Shown here one piece after another: positions 1 through 12,839 of a stretch of 64,000 bases of DNA (position 1 is its first letter; the number at the start of each line of letters is the position of its first letter). The translations under genes and the position numbers were made by a program. The DNA comes from Rhizophagus irregularis (Eukaryota). The DNA lies in contig NC_089430.1 in assembly GCF_026210795.1 (NCBI RefSeq), positions 62,001 through 126,000 of the forward strand, in the 5' to 3' direction. A model generated the notes under the pieces. The model made no database searches. It saw only the letters and a program-made list of their open reading frames with translations, and had not been told where the DNA came from.

Positions 1-3000
1 TACGGAACCAACATAGCAGAGATAACGGAAGACACGGACTGGCACACATGGAAATGCGAAACGAGAAACTGGCTGAAAATAGTCAGAAGAATAATTAAAA
101 TAAAGGACAAGGCAATCAAAGAAGCATCAATAAAGAAAAGGATAGAAGAAAGAAATAGTATGATTACCAAGGATCAACGGAAAATGATTAATAGCATCCT
201 AGACAAAACATACTCAAAAATCAATCTGGACAGAATACGTATACTCACTGATACCCAAGAAGAAATATTGCTGAACTCTAAAGAAGAAGTCCATACAGAA
301 GCGATTAACGCGTATTCATCCCTATTCCGCTCACGAAATCATAAATTCGAGAATCTCCCAGAACAGTGGAAAGAAATATATGAACTGCGGAAAGACATAA
401 ACCCGGAAATTTACGAACACCTAAATGATATACCGACCGAACAAGAGTGGTATGAGATGCTCGAAACTATGAACGATAAATCAGCACCAGGCATCTCTAA
501 CATCAGCTATAAATTAATCAAGAAAGCTGGTGCAAAAGCCAATGACTTGTTCAGGCAATACACAGGACTATGTTATTTGTTACAAAACATACCTATGAAA
601 TGGAAAATCTCTCAATTGTATCCGATCCCCAAGACTTATGATTGGGATTTCAACCTAGCAAGGACGAGACCAATTTTACTTATTGAGTGCCTGCGTAAAT
701 GTGCAGTCAAAATTACCACAAAACGCCTAGAAAATATTCTCAGTAAACACGAAATTTTAAAAGGACCAAATTACGCGGGATTACCAGGCGAATCTACATC
801 AGCACCACTTTCAATAATTAATGGTATTCTAGAAGACGCTCGTGAAGAGAATAAGACAGTATGGATAGTGGCTCAAGACATGGCGAAAGCCTTCGACAGC
901 GTCGGAATGGTTCCCTTGCAAAAAGCTCTGGAGAGAATTAGATTACCACCATCCACCATTAATTTCATCATAAATATCTACAAAAACTGTAAGATCAAGA
1001 TCATCACGGCGTACGGTGTAACCGATACTTTCACAGCATGCGATGGTATAGACCAAGGGGAGGTTATATCCCCATTGATCTGGAGAATTTTTTACGATCC
1101 CCTCCTCCATAGAATACAGGAAGATGAAGCTTTAGGTTACTGCATGGAGCTAAATTGGCCGGACAACGTTTTTAATAATAATAAACGGAAAATAACAGTA
1201 CGAACCGCCGTGTCGGCATACGCAGATGACACACAATGGATCGCCAAAAGTAAAAATGAAGCAGAAGAAATTTTACTAATTGCGGACGAATTTTTTGATA
1301 TCAATGACATAAAAATTAACGGGGAAAAAACTGAAATTATCGTTGTAAATCCGGAAGAAAGCAACGAAAACGAAAGGTTCTTGGAGATAGGGAAAAATAA
1401 CGACAAAGTGTTTGTCAACAAGGGATCAGTTCCAATACGCATTCTGGGAGTATGGTTCAAAGCAGACAAAGGAGACAAACACATAGAAGCTATAGTAAAG
1501 AAAGAGATATCGACAATAGTAGGGGCGATTAGACACAAACACATAACACATGCGCAAGCGATCTACATTATTAACACTGTTTTACTCCCGCGACTAGAAT
1601 ATAGGCTTAAAACAACCGTGTGGGAAGACAAAAAATATGAGGAAATTTTTAAGCCGGTTATGCAAACAATTAAACATAAGACGCGACTGCCCAGCAACTG
1701 TCATGACAACATTCTTCTCCACTCAGCACAAGGCAAATTAAAGAACCTGTGGAGAAATCAAATAGCAGCGCAAATATCAGAATTCCTAGTCACCATTAAC
1801 TCGCAATCGAAACAGGCGGACGTAGTTAAAATGAGATTAAAAAAGGCGCAACTAATATTAAATATAACGTCTTGCATTTTATTGATGGAGCCGGACGTCA
1901 CAGTTCTCAACAAAATGCCTAACAATCACGCCTACAACGTAATGAGAAAAGCACACGACTACTTATTTAAATTTCAACCATTAACAGATAACGAAGAATG
2001 GGACATACCACTAATAGGACCGAACGTAAGAAACTTTGTATATCAACAAGCGTCAAAGATGCACAGGAAAGACAAAGAATTCATTATAAGAAAAGCTGCA
2101 TCTATGTCGATCTATGGTGCATTACAATTAGTTAATCAGGACGCTTCGGACACAGTCACATGGCAACAAATCTGTGACATCAATAAAAGACCAGCAAGAG
2201 GCAGGACTCCGCAATGGTTTAATTCACTAACAGATATCATACAAAAGGCACCCAACCTAAAAAACTATTATATGACGGATAAGGCGCCCTTTGACTCAGA
2301 AAATAGATTAGAAAATGATGGAATGTATTTAAAAAACGCACAGGCGTTCAGGATGCCAAAGAAGTTACCATCTACAGATAATAGAAAAAAAGAATTCGTC
2401 CATATGCAACAAGATTATACGTTAACATTTGGACAAATTAACAAAAAACTTCAAACAGGTAAACATACGATACAACATTGGACCACAGCTGACAGTGAGC
2501 AGAGAATGGACAACGAAGTGCCATATAAATTAATTAAGCGATGTGGAGGTTGCTCACTAAACGACAGAAGGGTCAACAAAGAAAACCGTGGTTGCTTCTT
2601 CAATAAAGACCGCACGTCGTTAACATGTATAAATAGAGTATCCAAATACCGAACTGATCCAGATACTAGAATAATCAAGGACATTATAGAAACCAGAGGC
2701 TACCCACAATTACAACAAAATGTAGAGCATAGCCCCAGTTACATACAAATGGTAGACTATGACACGGCTCTAATACAAAACACGTTAGTGAACAATGAAG
2801 CCATGACACAGCATATAGCGTTGCTACAACAAATAAGATCAACCTTTAACCCATCTGACATGATTAATATTTACACAGATGGCTCATTAACAAACCGCTT
2901 TAACAATAGTTCTAACACTTTTACAAAATACATGGGTACAGGCTGGGTGATACTGAATAGTAAAGACGAAGTAATACTGGAGTGTAGTAGTTCAATCACA

Positions 3001-4371
3001 GACTGGCCCTCATCCACATGTGCAGAATTAGGAGCCATCTTGTCAGCTATATTGGTTTTACAAACAGGTCAGAAAGCAAATATCCTTACTGACTCACAAG
3101 CTGCTATAGATAGTATCAACTACATAAGAACAAATTTAACAAATGGAAAAAACAAAACAAGAATTTGGTGCAAATGCAACAACTACAGCATAGTAAGTTG
3201 TATAATTAACCTTATTGACAGCAAACGGTTAGAAATAAAGTTAGTAAAAGTCAAAGGTCATTCTGGAGTCAAAGGCAATGAAGAAGCAGATAGGGTAGCA
3301 AAAAATGATACTAATAGTTTAACTTGCATCAAAATTAAAGATTCACAACAAAAAGATTTAATATATGACATTTATTGGGATGGTATAAGAGTTGACAGGC
3401 ACATCAGAAAATTCATAGATAATTTGTGTGAATCCACATTAGACGCAGCATGGTCCCTCAATCGTACACATAGATCAGTATTTTCAGACACAACTGACAC
3501 AATAGAAGAAGAAGTCACCTGGACATTATTTAAAAAAAACACAGGATCTAACTGCACAACATCAATGATAAATGACAGATTTATCAAACACTTGAAACTT
3601 TTAAATTATTTGCTTCCAACTTTAGAAATCATGAAAGAAAGAAGATATGACTTATATGGAGATGTAAAGTGCAGGTTTTGTCTTGAAGAAAATGAAGATG
3701 ATGATCATATGATATACTGCAAACAGCTCAGTGATAAATGGATAACTATAGCTAACAATACTGTATGTAAATGTAATCAAACAATCAAGAACTTCTTATT
3801 ACAAGAAAAAAATATTCAATTAAGTCAGGAAGATATACAACAATTACTCATATGGAACAGAAACTTCTTTGCCCATACTATTGATGCTAATCTTGATTTA
3901 CCCATTCCGCATATTCATTTAATGATAAGAAGTTTCTTTCCAAAAGAAAAATACAGGGAGCTCAAAATTATTGTCAAGACAAAAAGAATAGCATTAACTA
4001 TTGCAGCCCTCTTTCTAGAAGTATTTGTTAATGAATTTTACAATATTATTTGGCAACCACGTTGCAAGGTAACAGCAGAATGGGAGCATACCAAGGGTAT
4101 AAAAAAACAAGACTTAAGAAAAAAACCATTAGCACATCAACGTATTGTATATAAAAGGATTCTAACTTTACAGACAGAGGATGGCATATATGATTTGGAA
4201 AAGAGGAAAATATTAAAACATAATGAACAATGGTCAATAGCATTAGAAAAAGCAAGACAATATATAAATCAATTTATTAAAGAGGGAAATAGGGTATTTT
4301 GGAAAGTATATAACAACAAAAAAATATATAAATATAACATAACCCTTTTTTTTTCTTTGTTTAGAGGGTAG
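1..4371 (+). CDS. LINE ORF2-type polyprotein, 5'-partial: reverse transcriptase, RNase H and C-terminal Cys/His knuckle
   Basis: Frame is open from base 1 to the stop at 4371. RT motifs APG, RPILL, QDMAKAFDSV, GIDQGEVISP and AYADD. RNase H motifs YTDGS, AELGA, TDSQ and VKGHSG..NEEAD. CRFC..H...C knuckle near the C-terminus. Confidence 0.95.
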   Translation, partial: YGTNIAEITEDTDWHTWKCETRNWLKIVRRIIKIKDKAIKEASIKKRIEERNSMITKDQRKMINSILDKTYSKINLDRIRILTDTQEEILLNSKEEVHTEAINAYSSLFRSRNHKFENLPEQWKEIYELRKDINPEIYEHLNDIPTEQEWYEMLETMNDKSAPGISNISYKLIKKAGAKANDLFRQYTGLCYLLQNIPMKWKISQLYPIPKTYDWDFNLARTRPILLIECLRKCAVKITTKRLENILSKHEILKGPNYAGLPGESTSAPLSIINGILEDAREENKTVWIVAQDMAKAFDSVGMVPLQKALERIRLPPSTINFIINIYKNCKIKIITAYGVTDTFTACDGIDQGEVISPLIWRIFYDPLLHRIQEDEALGYCMELNWPDNVFNNNKRKITVRTAVSAYADDTQWIAKSKNEAEEILLIADEFFDINDIKINGEKTEIIVVNPEESNENERFLEIGKNNDKVFVNKGSVPIRILGVWFKADKGDKHIEAIVKKEISTIVGAIRHKHITHAQAIYIINTVLLPRLEYRLKTTVWEDKKYEEIFKPVMQTIKHKTRLPSNCHDNILLHSAQGKLKNLWRNQIAAQISEFLVTINSQSKQADVVKMRLKKAQLILNITSCILLMEPDVTVLNKMPNNHAYNVMRKAHDYLFKFQPLTDNEEWDIPLIGPNVRNFVYQQASKMHRKDKEFIIRKAASMSIYGALQLVNQDASDTVTWQQICDINKRPARGRTPQWFNSLTDIIQKAPNLKNYYMTDKAPFDSENRLENDGMYLKNAQAFRMPKKLPSTDNRKKEFVHMQQDYTLTFGQINKKLQTGKHTIQHWTTADSEQRMDNEVPYKLIKRCGGCSLNDRRVNKENRGCFFNKDRTSLTCINRVSKYRTDPDTRIIKDIIETRGYPQLQQNVEHSPSYIQMVDYDTALIQNTLVNNEAMTQHIALLQQIRSTFNPSDMINIYTDGSLTNRFNNSSNTFTKYMGTGWVILNSKDEVILECSSSITDWPSSTCAELGAILSAILVLQTGQKANILTDSQAAIDSINYIRTNLTNGKNKTRIWCKCNNYSIVSCIINLIDSKRLEIKLVKVKGHSGVKGNEEADRVAKNDTNSLTCIKIKDSQQKDLIYDIYWDGIRVDRHIRKFIDNLCESTLDAAWSLNRTHRSVFSDTTDTIEEEVTWTLFKKNTGSNCTTSMINDRFIKHLKLLNYLLPTLEIMKERRYDLYGDVKCRFCLEENEDDDHMIYCKQLSDKWITIANNTVCKCNQTIKNFLLQEKNIQLSQEDIQQLLIWNRNFFAHTIDANLDLPIPHIHLMIRSFFPKEKYRELKIIVKTKRIALTIAALFLEVFVNEFYNIIWQPRCKVTAEWEHTKGIKKQDLRKKPLAHQRIVYKRILTLQTEDGIYDLEKRKILKHNEQWSIALEKARQYINQFIKEGNRVFWKVYNNKKIYKYNITLFFSLFRG

Positions 4372-4597
4372 TGGAAGCATATACTGAAATCTTATAATAT
4401 GGTGATCCTATATAATTCAATAGTAACTATAGAAGGATATAGGTGAATTTTATAAGGTGATGGTAGGGCACAGGAGCAATCTTATGGATGGGGAACTGGT
4501 TTGGAGTTTTAATAAATTAGTTATATAACAGATGCTTTTGTATTCTTATATATAATTAATAAACTTACAAATTGCACTACCTTGCAAAAAAAAAAAA
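1..4597 (+). mobile_element. Non-LTR retrotransposon (LINE with RNase H), 3' end
   Basis: ORF followed by an approximately 215-bp 3' UTR and an A12 tail at 4586-4597. The 5' end lies outside the window. Confidence 0.9.
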
Positions 4598-5285
4598 TAT
4601 TAATATAAAAATAAAAACATAAAACGGTGTACATATAGTTGTTTAATTAATATTGTTAAAATTCACCATTACAATTCCAGAGAGATATTAGTGAAAGTAA
4701 TTGTTAATTGATATACGTGCATATCACTTTTGTATAATTAGTAGTTTGATACAAATATATATATTATATATTATCAAAATAAGTTTTTTATTTAATTTTT
4801 ATTATTACATTGCAGAAACCCGTGATTTGTTACTATGCGGTTAAGTGATCGCCAACATTCCACATCAATTTTGGATTGATCACGTGACGATAAGTTTTGT
4901 TACGATTTCGTTATAAAATCGAATAAAAATATTTTTGAAATCGTAACAAGATTCAGTATTAATCTTTAAAAAGTAGTGAAGAAATCGAAAAAATAGCTGA
5001 AAAATCTAGTTTAAGATATTTCTTCAATTTTTTTTCAATGCATTAACAACAAATTAACGATAAATAGGCGATTTTAAGATTATCGTAAAATTTTAAAGTC
5101 TTATTAGTTTAATTATAGTAAAATATACCTTATAAAAAATAACTATTATAATAAATTGCCAATTATAATAATAAAAGGGTTTTATATTACAAATATTATT
5201 ATATTATCATTGTAATCATAATTTAAAAAAAAGAAACCCAAAAAAAATTCGCACGAATTTTCTTCAGTTATTATTACTAATAAAT

Positions 5286-7375
5286 TCACAACTCCAAGTT
5301 GCTGGCAATATTTTTACCATTTCGAGACGGCACTGCTATTTTTTTTGTTATTTTATCTAAAGATTTCGTTGCATCAGTGTCTCTTGAATCATAGTTTACA
5401 ATTAATGATTCTCGGACGAATCTTTGTAAAACCCGTAAGGAGTTTTGATCTCTCAATTTAGTCATGTTCGTCGCACTTAGTAACCATCTTTGCAAGATGT
5501 CTAATGTTAAATTTTCATTGACAAACAAAATTATTTCATATTCATCTAAAAAGCGAACTGTAGTATCTTTATTTTCTCTATAAATCAACGTAAAAATAAT
5601 CAATATACCGCAAAACAAATAAAACAAAAAATTAAAACGAAATGATCTGCTTACCGAGCTCTTTTTTCTTTGAATATCTCAATCGCTTCCTCAACACTAT
5701 CCAGGAATTTATTTCAGAAATCACTAAAATTTCTATTCGCCGCACGCAGCCAATCGATTCCTTCAGACGAATTTAGATCGCAATTAAATATTTGCTGTAC
5801 CAAATCCTTGAAAACGCTCTTCTTAGGGTTTTGAACCCTAAGAAACAAACATTTCAATTCTTCGAGAAAATCTCGATTTGCTATCACCTGAATTATGCAA
5901 ATAATTTAGCAGATATTAACATAGTAAATTAATGACAAATTATATCAGTTATATTTACCCTGTCTTCTTGCTTTGGCATTTGTGGTACACCAGATGCCAA
6001 CGTTGATGAATTAAAGTTGGGTGAAATAATGTTGAATGTGTTGGCAGCTGGCGTTTGCATAGATAGATACATATTATAAGCAAGTAATAAAATGTCCGAG
6101 TTTACACATAACCACGAACAGATTTGGTGAACGTTCACCATATCGCGAAATGGTACTGGAGGTGCGGATTCTGGATTATATGATTTCCGAAGAGTCGAAC
6201 GAATCTCGTTACCATTAGCAAAAAAAGAAGTATTTGAACGAGATGTATTCGAATAAGGTGTATTTGAATGAGGTGTATTCGAACGAAAAACGTCATCATT
6301 ATCGATATTACGTGTACGAGAAGAGGAATATGTGTTATTAGGGCGATTAGAACAAGGTGTAGTATTCAAACTTAAACGAAAATAAGATTCAGATGTCTCA
6401 TTTGAACCATCACTACAAATCTTATTAACGTTCACGTAAGATTCAGTCTTTTCATCCAGTATGCCATTATGAATTTTATCGTTGATATTTGTAATCGGTG
6501 TAAGAGATTCACGTCTGATATTTATGGCACTTTCATTGAACTGACTTTCATCTAAAGAAATGAAGCGAGGAAGGTAAGAATATATAATCTGAGTGATATT
6601 ACGTCAAAATATGATGATTATAAAGTGAAAGCAACCTTCTGAAAGATCATCATCATTATCGCTTAATTCTAGAAGTTTATTAATCAAAGTTGGTTCTTAA
6701 ATTGTATCATCATCAGTAATGGCCTCCTTACGCCTACGTTTAACAGTGGTCTTTGGAACTGGTGTGGCAGTTTGATGTTTATTGGTTTTTGAAGCTGAGA
6801 TCATCCCTATAAAAAAAGAAAATTCAGAATTTATCCCGAAAAGTATGGAAAATGTCCAGAAATTTTCCGTGCGTCCGGAAAATATTCGGAAACGGTCACG
6901 TTTTGGAACATTTTCTAGACGCACAAATTCCAGACATTTTCTTGACACTCCAGAATTTGTCCGGAATTTGTCCAGAATCGAGCATCCGGAAAATGTTCCA
7001 AAACATGACCGTTTCCGAATGTTTTCTGGAACGCAAGGAAAATTTCTGGACATTTTCCATACTTTTCGGGACAAATTCCGAATTTTCTTTTTTTATAGGG
7101 CATGGTTTGTTGACCATCATCGTGTATATGTTCATTATCTTCAACAACAGGATCCTTTTTCTTTTGACCTCGTCTTTTAGCAGGGGGTTTTTGGGTTTGA
7201 ATCGCTTCTGGTCCTTAATTTTCCTTCAGAACTAAAGAGAAAGTTAAAAATCTGATACAATTTCAGTTTATTATAGGATACGAGAATTACTTGAAGTTCT
7301 GACAACATCATCTTCGTCAACAGGAATAATTTGTTTTTTCTTTTGACTTCGGGTAGTACTTCTTCTGGGAGGCAT
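5286..7375 (-). pseudogene. Multi-exon transposon companion gene (ELKxLFLR family), interrupted by a MITE
   Basis: ATG at 7375 (MPPRRSTTRSQKKK) and GT-AG introns. Exons encode QICSWLCVNSDILLLA, EELKCLFLRVQNP and C-terminal GKNIASNLEL, homologous to the gene at 43900-45464. Confidence 0.75.
6805..7100. mobile_element. Foldback MITE with CCCTA termini (CACTA-like), 3-bp TSD CAT
   Basis: CCCTATAAAAAAAGAAAATTC ... GAATTTTCTTTTTTTATAGGG; nearly the whole 296 bp is an imperfect palindrome. CAT at 6802-6804 and 7101-7103. Confidence 0.9.
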
Positions 7376-8595
7376 GATAATGATAAGAAGACTAGAGAAA
7401 AATAATAACAGAGAAAGAGAAAGGGTTTATAAAAAAAAAAGAAATTGTTTCTCTAAATAATAAAACAATTAAACTTTATTGTGATTGTTTTGATTGTTTT
7501 GCTATGGCAAAGTAGAAATTTTAATAATTAGACTTTTATAGACTAGACTTTTATAGACTATTAATAATCAGACTACTCCTATAAGCTATAATTGGTAGTA
7601 AATAATAATATAACACCTATTGATAATATTTATTTTGGTTTTTGATAATATGGTGTAATATTTATATATTTAACATATCGTTGAAATTTATTTAATTTTT
7701 TTTTCTCTGATCTTCTTTTAAATAATTAGTCACAACGTGATCCGGACCCAGCTCAAGCGTAGATCGTCATGGATTTTATTCACGCCACACAAAATTCTTA
7801 ATAATATTAAAAATATACAATATTAAATTATTAATATATCCCAAGTTCACGCTTGGTTAGACAAAATAATATACAAAATAAATATAAAACATCATAATTC
7901 TAATAATAAAAATATACTTCTATATTCAAATCTTTCTTTTTCATTAATAAAATCTTCCAATTATTAATCCTAAAATCAACTTTGATAGTTTCCCTTAATA
8001 AAATAATACTTCGCATTTCATTCTTATTAATCCATTAATAAAATAATATCAGAACAAATAAATCCTTAATAAAATAATTCTTACTATTATTTATCAAAAA
8101 TTTCCCCATATGCTTCTGAAATACTACGCCCAATTTTATTAACTCCTTTTATAACTTTTAAGTTACTCGATCCAAACGATGCCCTTTTTACTCAATTTAG
8201 TTATTTTGGGCCGAGTCACTTTCATCTTGTTACAATTAATTTCCTTTTTCATTATCTCAAATCCGTTCCTCTACAGAAATTATCCTTTCTCTTAAATTTT
8301 TTAATTCCGATGTCATTGTCATAATGTACATCATTCCGTAGTTCTGATAATAATAAATAAATAAAATAAAATAAATATTACAAGAACTATAATATAATAA
8401 ATCAGATTATATGGTACAGTTTAATGTTATATGCCAGGACGTCATTTCATAATCAAATAAAAATTTCCAAGTATCTAAACTAATTATAATACTACGCCCA
8501 CATTTAATAAATTCATTAGATAAATTCTGGCATTACAATCAAATCGATAAATTAGAACAATAACAAATAGTTTAATTATTTAGACTTATAGATAA

Positions 8596-8864
8596 GGCTG
8601 TTGCAACTTAATTGTTTGTTTAACGTCCAGGCCTTTTGAAAAAATTAAGGGGAAAGGGGGGCTTAAGTTAAACAAACTAAATAAATAAACATAGGAAAAT
8701 TTGAAAATTTCAGAAGGGATTATTTATCATTATATGTTTATTAGCTTTTAAATTTTTTCAAAAATAGAGGGGGTATTTAATAATATGTGTTTATTAGATC
8801 TCAAATTTTTAAAAAAATAGAGGGGGGTGGTGGACGTTAAACAAATAATCAAGTTGGAACGGCC
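8596..8864. mobile_element. PIF/Harbinger (Tourist-like) MITE
   Basis: 34-bp TIR GGCYGTTSCAACTTRATTRTTTGTTTAACGTCCA (30/34 match). TAA TSD at 8593-8595 and 8865-8867. Confidence 0.85.
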
Positions 8865-9362
8865 TAATGAAACAATAGTAAATTAGACTTTTATAAAAAT
8901 GCGAATACAAATTAGACTTTTATAATAATGAGTCTAATTCCATAAATAGAAATATACACAATAGTTTACTCTGGCCTCTGAGCGATAGATAAGCAATTAT
9001 ATAGATTATAGAACGAATTTTATAAAATGTATATTATTAAATTTATAATTGTAATATACTTTAATTTTTTGAATATTTTTTAAATATTTTTTAAATTTCT
9101 TAAATACTAGGAAAAATGAGTATAAATTAATATATCGAGAATGTTCTAGCTATAAAATAAATTTAAGTGATATTTTTAATTGATTATCTTTAAGTGATTG
9201 ATTTTATTTTTAAGTGATATTTTAACAAACTTTCTCTTTGACCTTTATTCGAATCCTTTTTCTTGAATTGTTTTTCTTGTATACTTTTTTCAATAAAATT
9301 TTGCGTGTCGTGTCATGTTTTTAAAAATGTTTCGAAATCGATATGCTTCTAATAATCAACGT

Positions 9363-12300
9363 CAGTGATGGCAAGTGACCTATGATGACCCAAATGACTT
9401 TGATGACTGGTCACTGGTCATTGGGTCATTTTAAAAGTCAAATGACTCGTGACCTGGTCATTTATATATTTATCTAATTATCATACAATCAATGTTATAT
9501 TATAATTGGCAAATGTCTGATTTGTTATTACTCAATCTAATTTTGTGACATTTGGTTTGAAGGAATATACAAATTCTGTTAAATTATCTGGTTAATTAAA
9601 TTTTTTTTTTTAAAAAAAAGATCCTTTTCTAATAAATCAAATCATTAAAGCTTTATTTGTAACAATATTTAATATTTTATAAGGAAAATGTCAAAATAAT
9701 TGAGTCTGAAAAAAATTTTATTTAAAATAAAAGAAAAAAAACTATTTTTTTTAAACTTTGAACGAATGCAAATCATTTTTTTTTACCTAAAGCAATCATT
9801 TAAATCAATCTACAAGTCTGCATTTGAATTTTAATACTATGCGAAAATTAAAGCTCCTTTATTCATTAATAAATGCAACTATACATCGTAAATAAACATT
9901 TTCACAATCCCTCTAACTCATGTCTATCAAAATCATTAGCTGCACTAGAAAAATTAGAAATTTGTTAAAGAACTAAGATAAACAGGAGCTTCCAATGAAT
10001 CGTTAAATAAAAATAGTAAATCCCATTTTGCTAATGGGTCATCTGCTGGATGAATATCACGACCACCCAATTCAAATTCAATTGGTTCCTCATTAACATT
10101 TTCACCATTATCTAAATGATTTTCGATATCTAACATTTTAACCCAATTTTCTACCATCCATAACCAATGATCTGCACTTAAAATCTCACTAGTATTATTA
10201 TCTTCAATGGAAATTTCTGTATCTGCTTCTTTCTCACAATCACTTATATTAATTTGAGTTTCAGTTTCCTCTTCAGCTTCTTTATCAACCTCCTCTTCAT
10301 CATTATATGGCTGTACTGGAGCAGCAATGTGAATTCGTTTATATTGTTTCTCAGTATTGTCAATTTCTTCCCGTTTTCACTTTTTCAATATATCACTTCG
10401 CAACTGACTCATGGCCAATACCTTTTGATGCTTAAAGTATAAATAATTAGTAATTAAAATATGAAAGTAATAAATGTAATATCAATTAAATTTAATTATT
10501 TACATGAAGTCGATTCCGACGTTTTGTGTGCAAAAATCCCATGCTTGACCAAAGGCGCTCTACTGAAGCTGAGTTAACACATATACCAAATAAGTGTAAA
10601 GCCAATTGAGAAAGTTCTGGTGCTAGACCCTTAGCTGATTCCCAAAAATCAACAATATTTTCATTGAATTGATTATAAGTACTACTATCAAAGGGAAATA
10701 TTTCTCTTTGATAAGTTAAATATTCACGTAAAATGCTTTTTGGTATTTCACCAAACCATACTTGATAATAGTAACCTAACCATTGCCCAAAATATGTATA
10801 AGAAAGATTTGAAATATTAGAAGTAAATTTTGAAAGACGGTATTTTGGGTGTAAAACAAATGATAATAAAAGAAGAGGTTGTTCCCACTGTGCCCATCGG
10901 GTTTTTAATCTTGCTATCATCTGATTAGAAAAGGATTGATTTTCATGATTTGCAAAAATTTTAGTAATCCAGCCAAAACAATGAAGTATTTCATGTAAGC
11001 GTGCAATATCTTTTTGCAAATTATTCAACACTCCACATAACGGCAATAATAAATTTTGCAATTCATAGAGTTGTGACCAAAAATTAGAATCATTTACTAT
11101 CGCTATAACATCTGGAAAAATTATTTTATTGGTATTATTATTTCCTGATGAAAAACGTTGTCATGAAAATCCACTTCTTGAATTACTAACTGTTCCAACT
11201 CTTTCTGGAGAAAACTTTGTAACTAATGTCTAAGAATAAAGAAAAATATGTTAGAAAATATTTTAAAATTAAAAAATTAAATTAAAAATAATAATTACTT
11301 TAAGAGCAGCTTCTGTTTTTAATACAGAGTTAAAACAAAAGTAAAAGCTATTCCAACGTGTTTCTCCAGGAGTAATGAGTGAAATTGTTTGATTATAAAT
11401 TGATTTTTGCTCATTTCTCAATAAACCTGTAAAATATGGTGAAGAATGAAAGTAACTAACAATGCGTACTGCATTTTTTGATACTACTTTATAGGACTCA
11501 GATTCTTTAAAGATATCTCCGACTACCAAATTCATTTGATGAGCCATACAGGGTATAAAAACTTTACTAGGATATTCTACTCTTAATTGTCGTCTAAACA
11601 AAATTATTTTTTAATAACTTAATTTTAAGTAAACTTGCATAATTTATATTCATAATATTTACCTTGCAGCAGCATATTCGCCAGCAGAATCAGATACATA
11701 ACAATTAACTTGAATTCCATTTTTTTCAGCATCATCCATTATATCCTTAATAAGAAGTTTTGCATCTTCAGTTCTTGATCGTTGATCACTAATATCATGC
11801 GCCCCCCAAATTAAAGTTTCACCTTTAGAAGTAATGAAAATTACTCCAAAAAGATGTTCTTGTTTAATATTGGTCCACCCGTCAAAGGCTGCTGTTACTC
11901 CAATTTTATCATTAGATGCAACCTCTAAAATTGATTTTTTTAATTGACTTGCTGAATCTGGAAGTATTCTATCACTTATAGCTTTTCGTCCAGGAAGTTT
12001 TAATGCTGGTGCAATAAATTTAAAAACATCTTGTGTTTCTTTATTTTCTAAAAATGTAAAGGGAAGACCATTTGAAACGATTATAAGCAATACCAAATTT
12101 TCAAAATGTGAAATATCTTTGTTTGATAAGGGACGTGATATAAAATGATTAAGAGTTGTTTGTTTAATTGCAGTAGAAGTAGAGGGGTTATTTGTGAAAT
12201 TTATTATAGAGTTATTATCTTCATTTTCAGAGTCAAAAGTTTCATCAACATTTTTTTGTTGAGAATTTTTTTTTTTATCTTCTGGTACACTACGTAAAAG

Positions 12301-12839
12301 AATTTCTTTTCTTTCTTCTTCATTATACTCTTGTTCAAAATTTAAGCATTTTTTTAAATGACTTCGACATAGCTTTGCTTTATTAGAAACAAAGCAATCA
12401 GAGTTTGTAAGTGCAACAGGTAATGTATGTTTTCGAATACATGACCAACAAACAGCCTTTTTATTTGCTTTAGGATTTTCTGGTGCGGCCAAGAAAAAAA
12501 ACTCACGAAAATTATGTTTACCCATTTTATCTATTAAGGTACAAAATAAGTTTAACGTGAAATCTAAATAGTTAGATACGAAAAAAGATCGTACTACTGA
12601 TTATTAATTATCTATATATGATTAGACAATTAGTAGATCATAACCAAAAAAATTTTTTATGAGATTTAAATGACCAAATGACCTTAAATAATCAAAATGA
12701 CTTAAATGACTCAGGTCACTTAGTCATGAGTCATTTGCGAATGACCTAATTTACAAATGACACAAAATGACTAGTCATTTTAAGGTCATTTAAGGTCATT
12801 CAAAAATTAGTCAAATGACCCGGTCATTTACCATCACTG
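9363..12839 (-). mobile_element. hAT DNA transposon, full length
   Basis: TIR CAGTGATGGYAARTGACC (16/18 match). 8-bp TSD ATCAACGT at 9355-9362 and 12840-12847. ATGAC/GTCAT subterminal repeats at both ends. Confidence 0.95.
9954..12525 (-). pseudogene. hAT transposase (BED-like finger, catalytic core, hATC dimerisation), intron-containing, with an in-frame stop
   Basis: KAVCWSC..LCRSHLKKC, FDGWTN, SDSAGE, CMAHQMNL, TRWNS and NSASVERLWSSMG motifs. TGA at 11161-11163. Confidence 0.9.

Noticed and set aside
1137..4255. Short minus-strand ORFs within LINE 1, and plus-strand ORFs within LINE 2
   Set aside because: They are antisense shadows of ORF2.
6697..7235. Overlapping ORFs on both strands
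   Set aside because: They arise from the palindromic MITE at 6805-7100.
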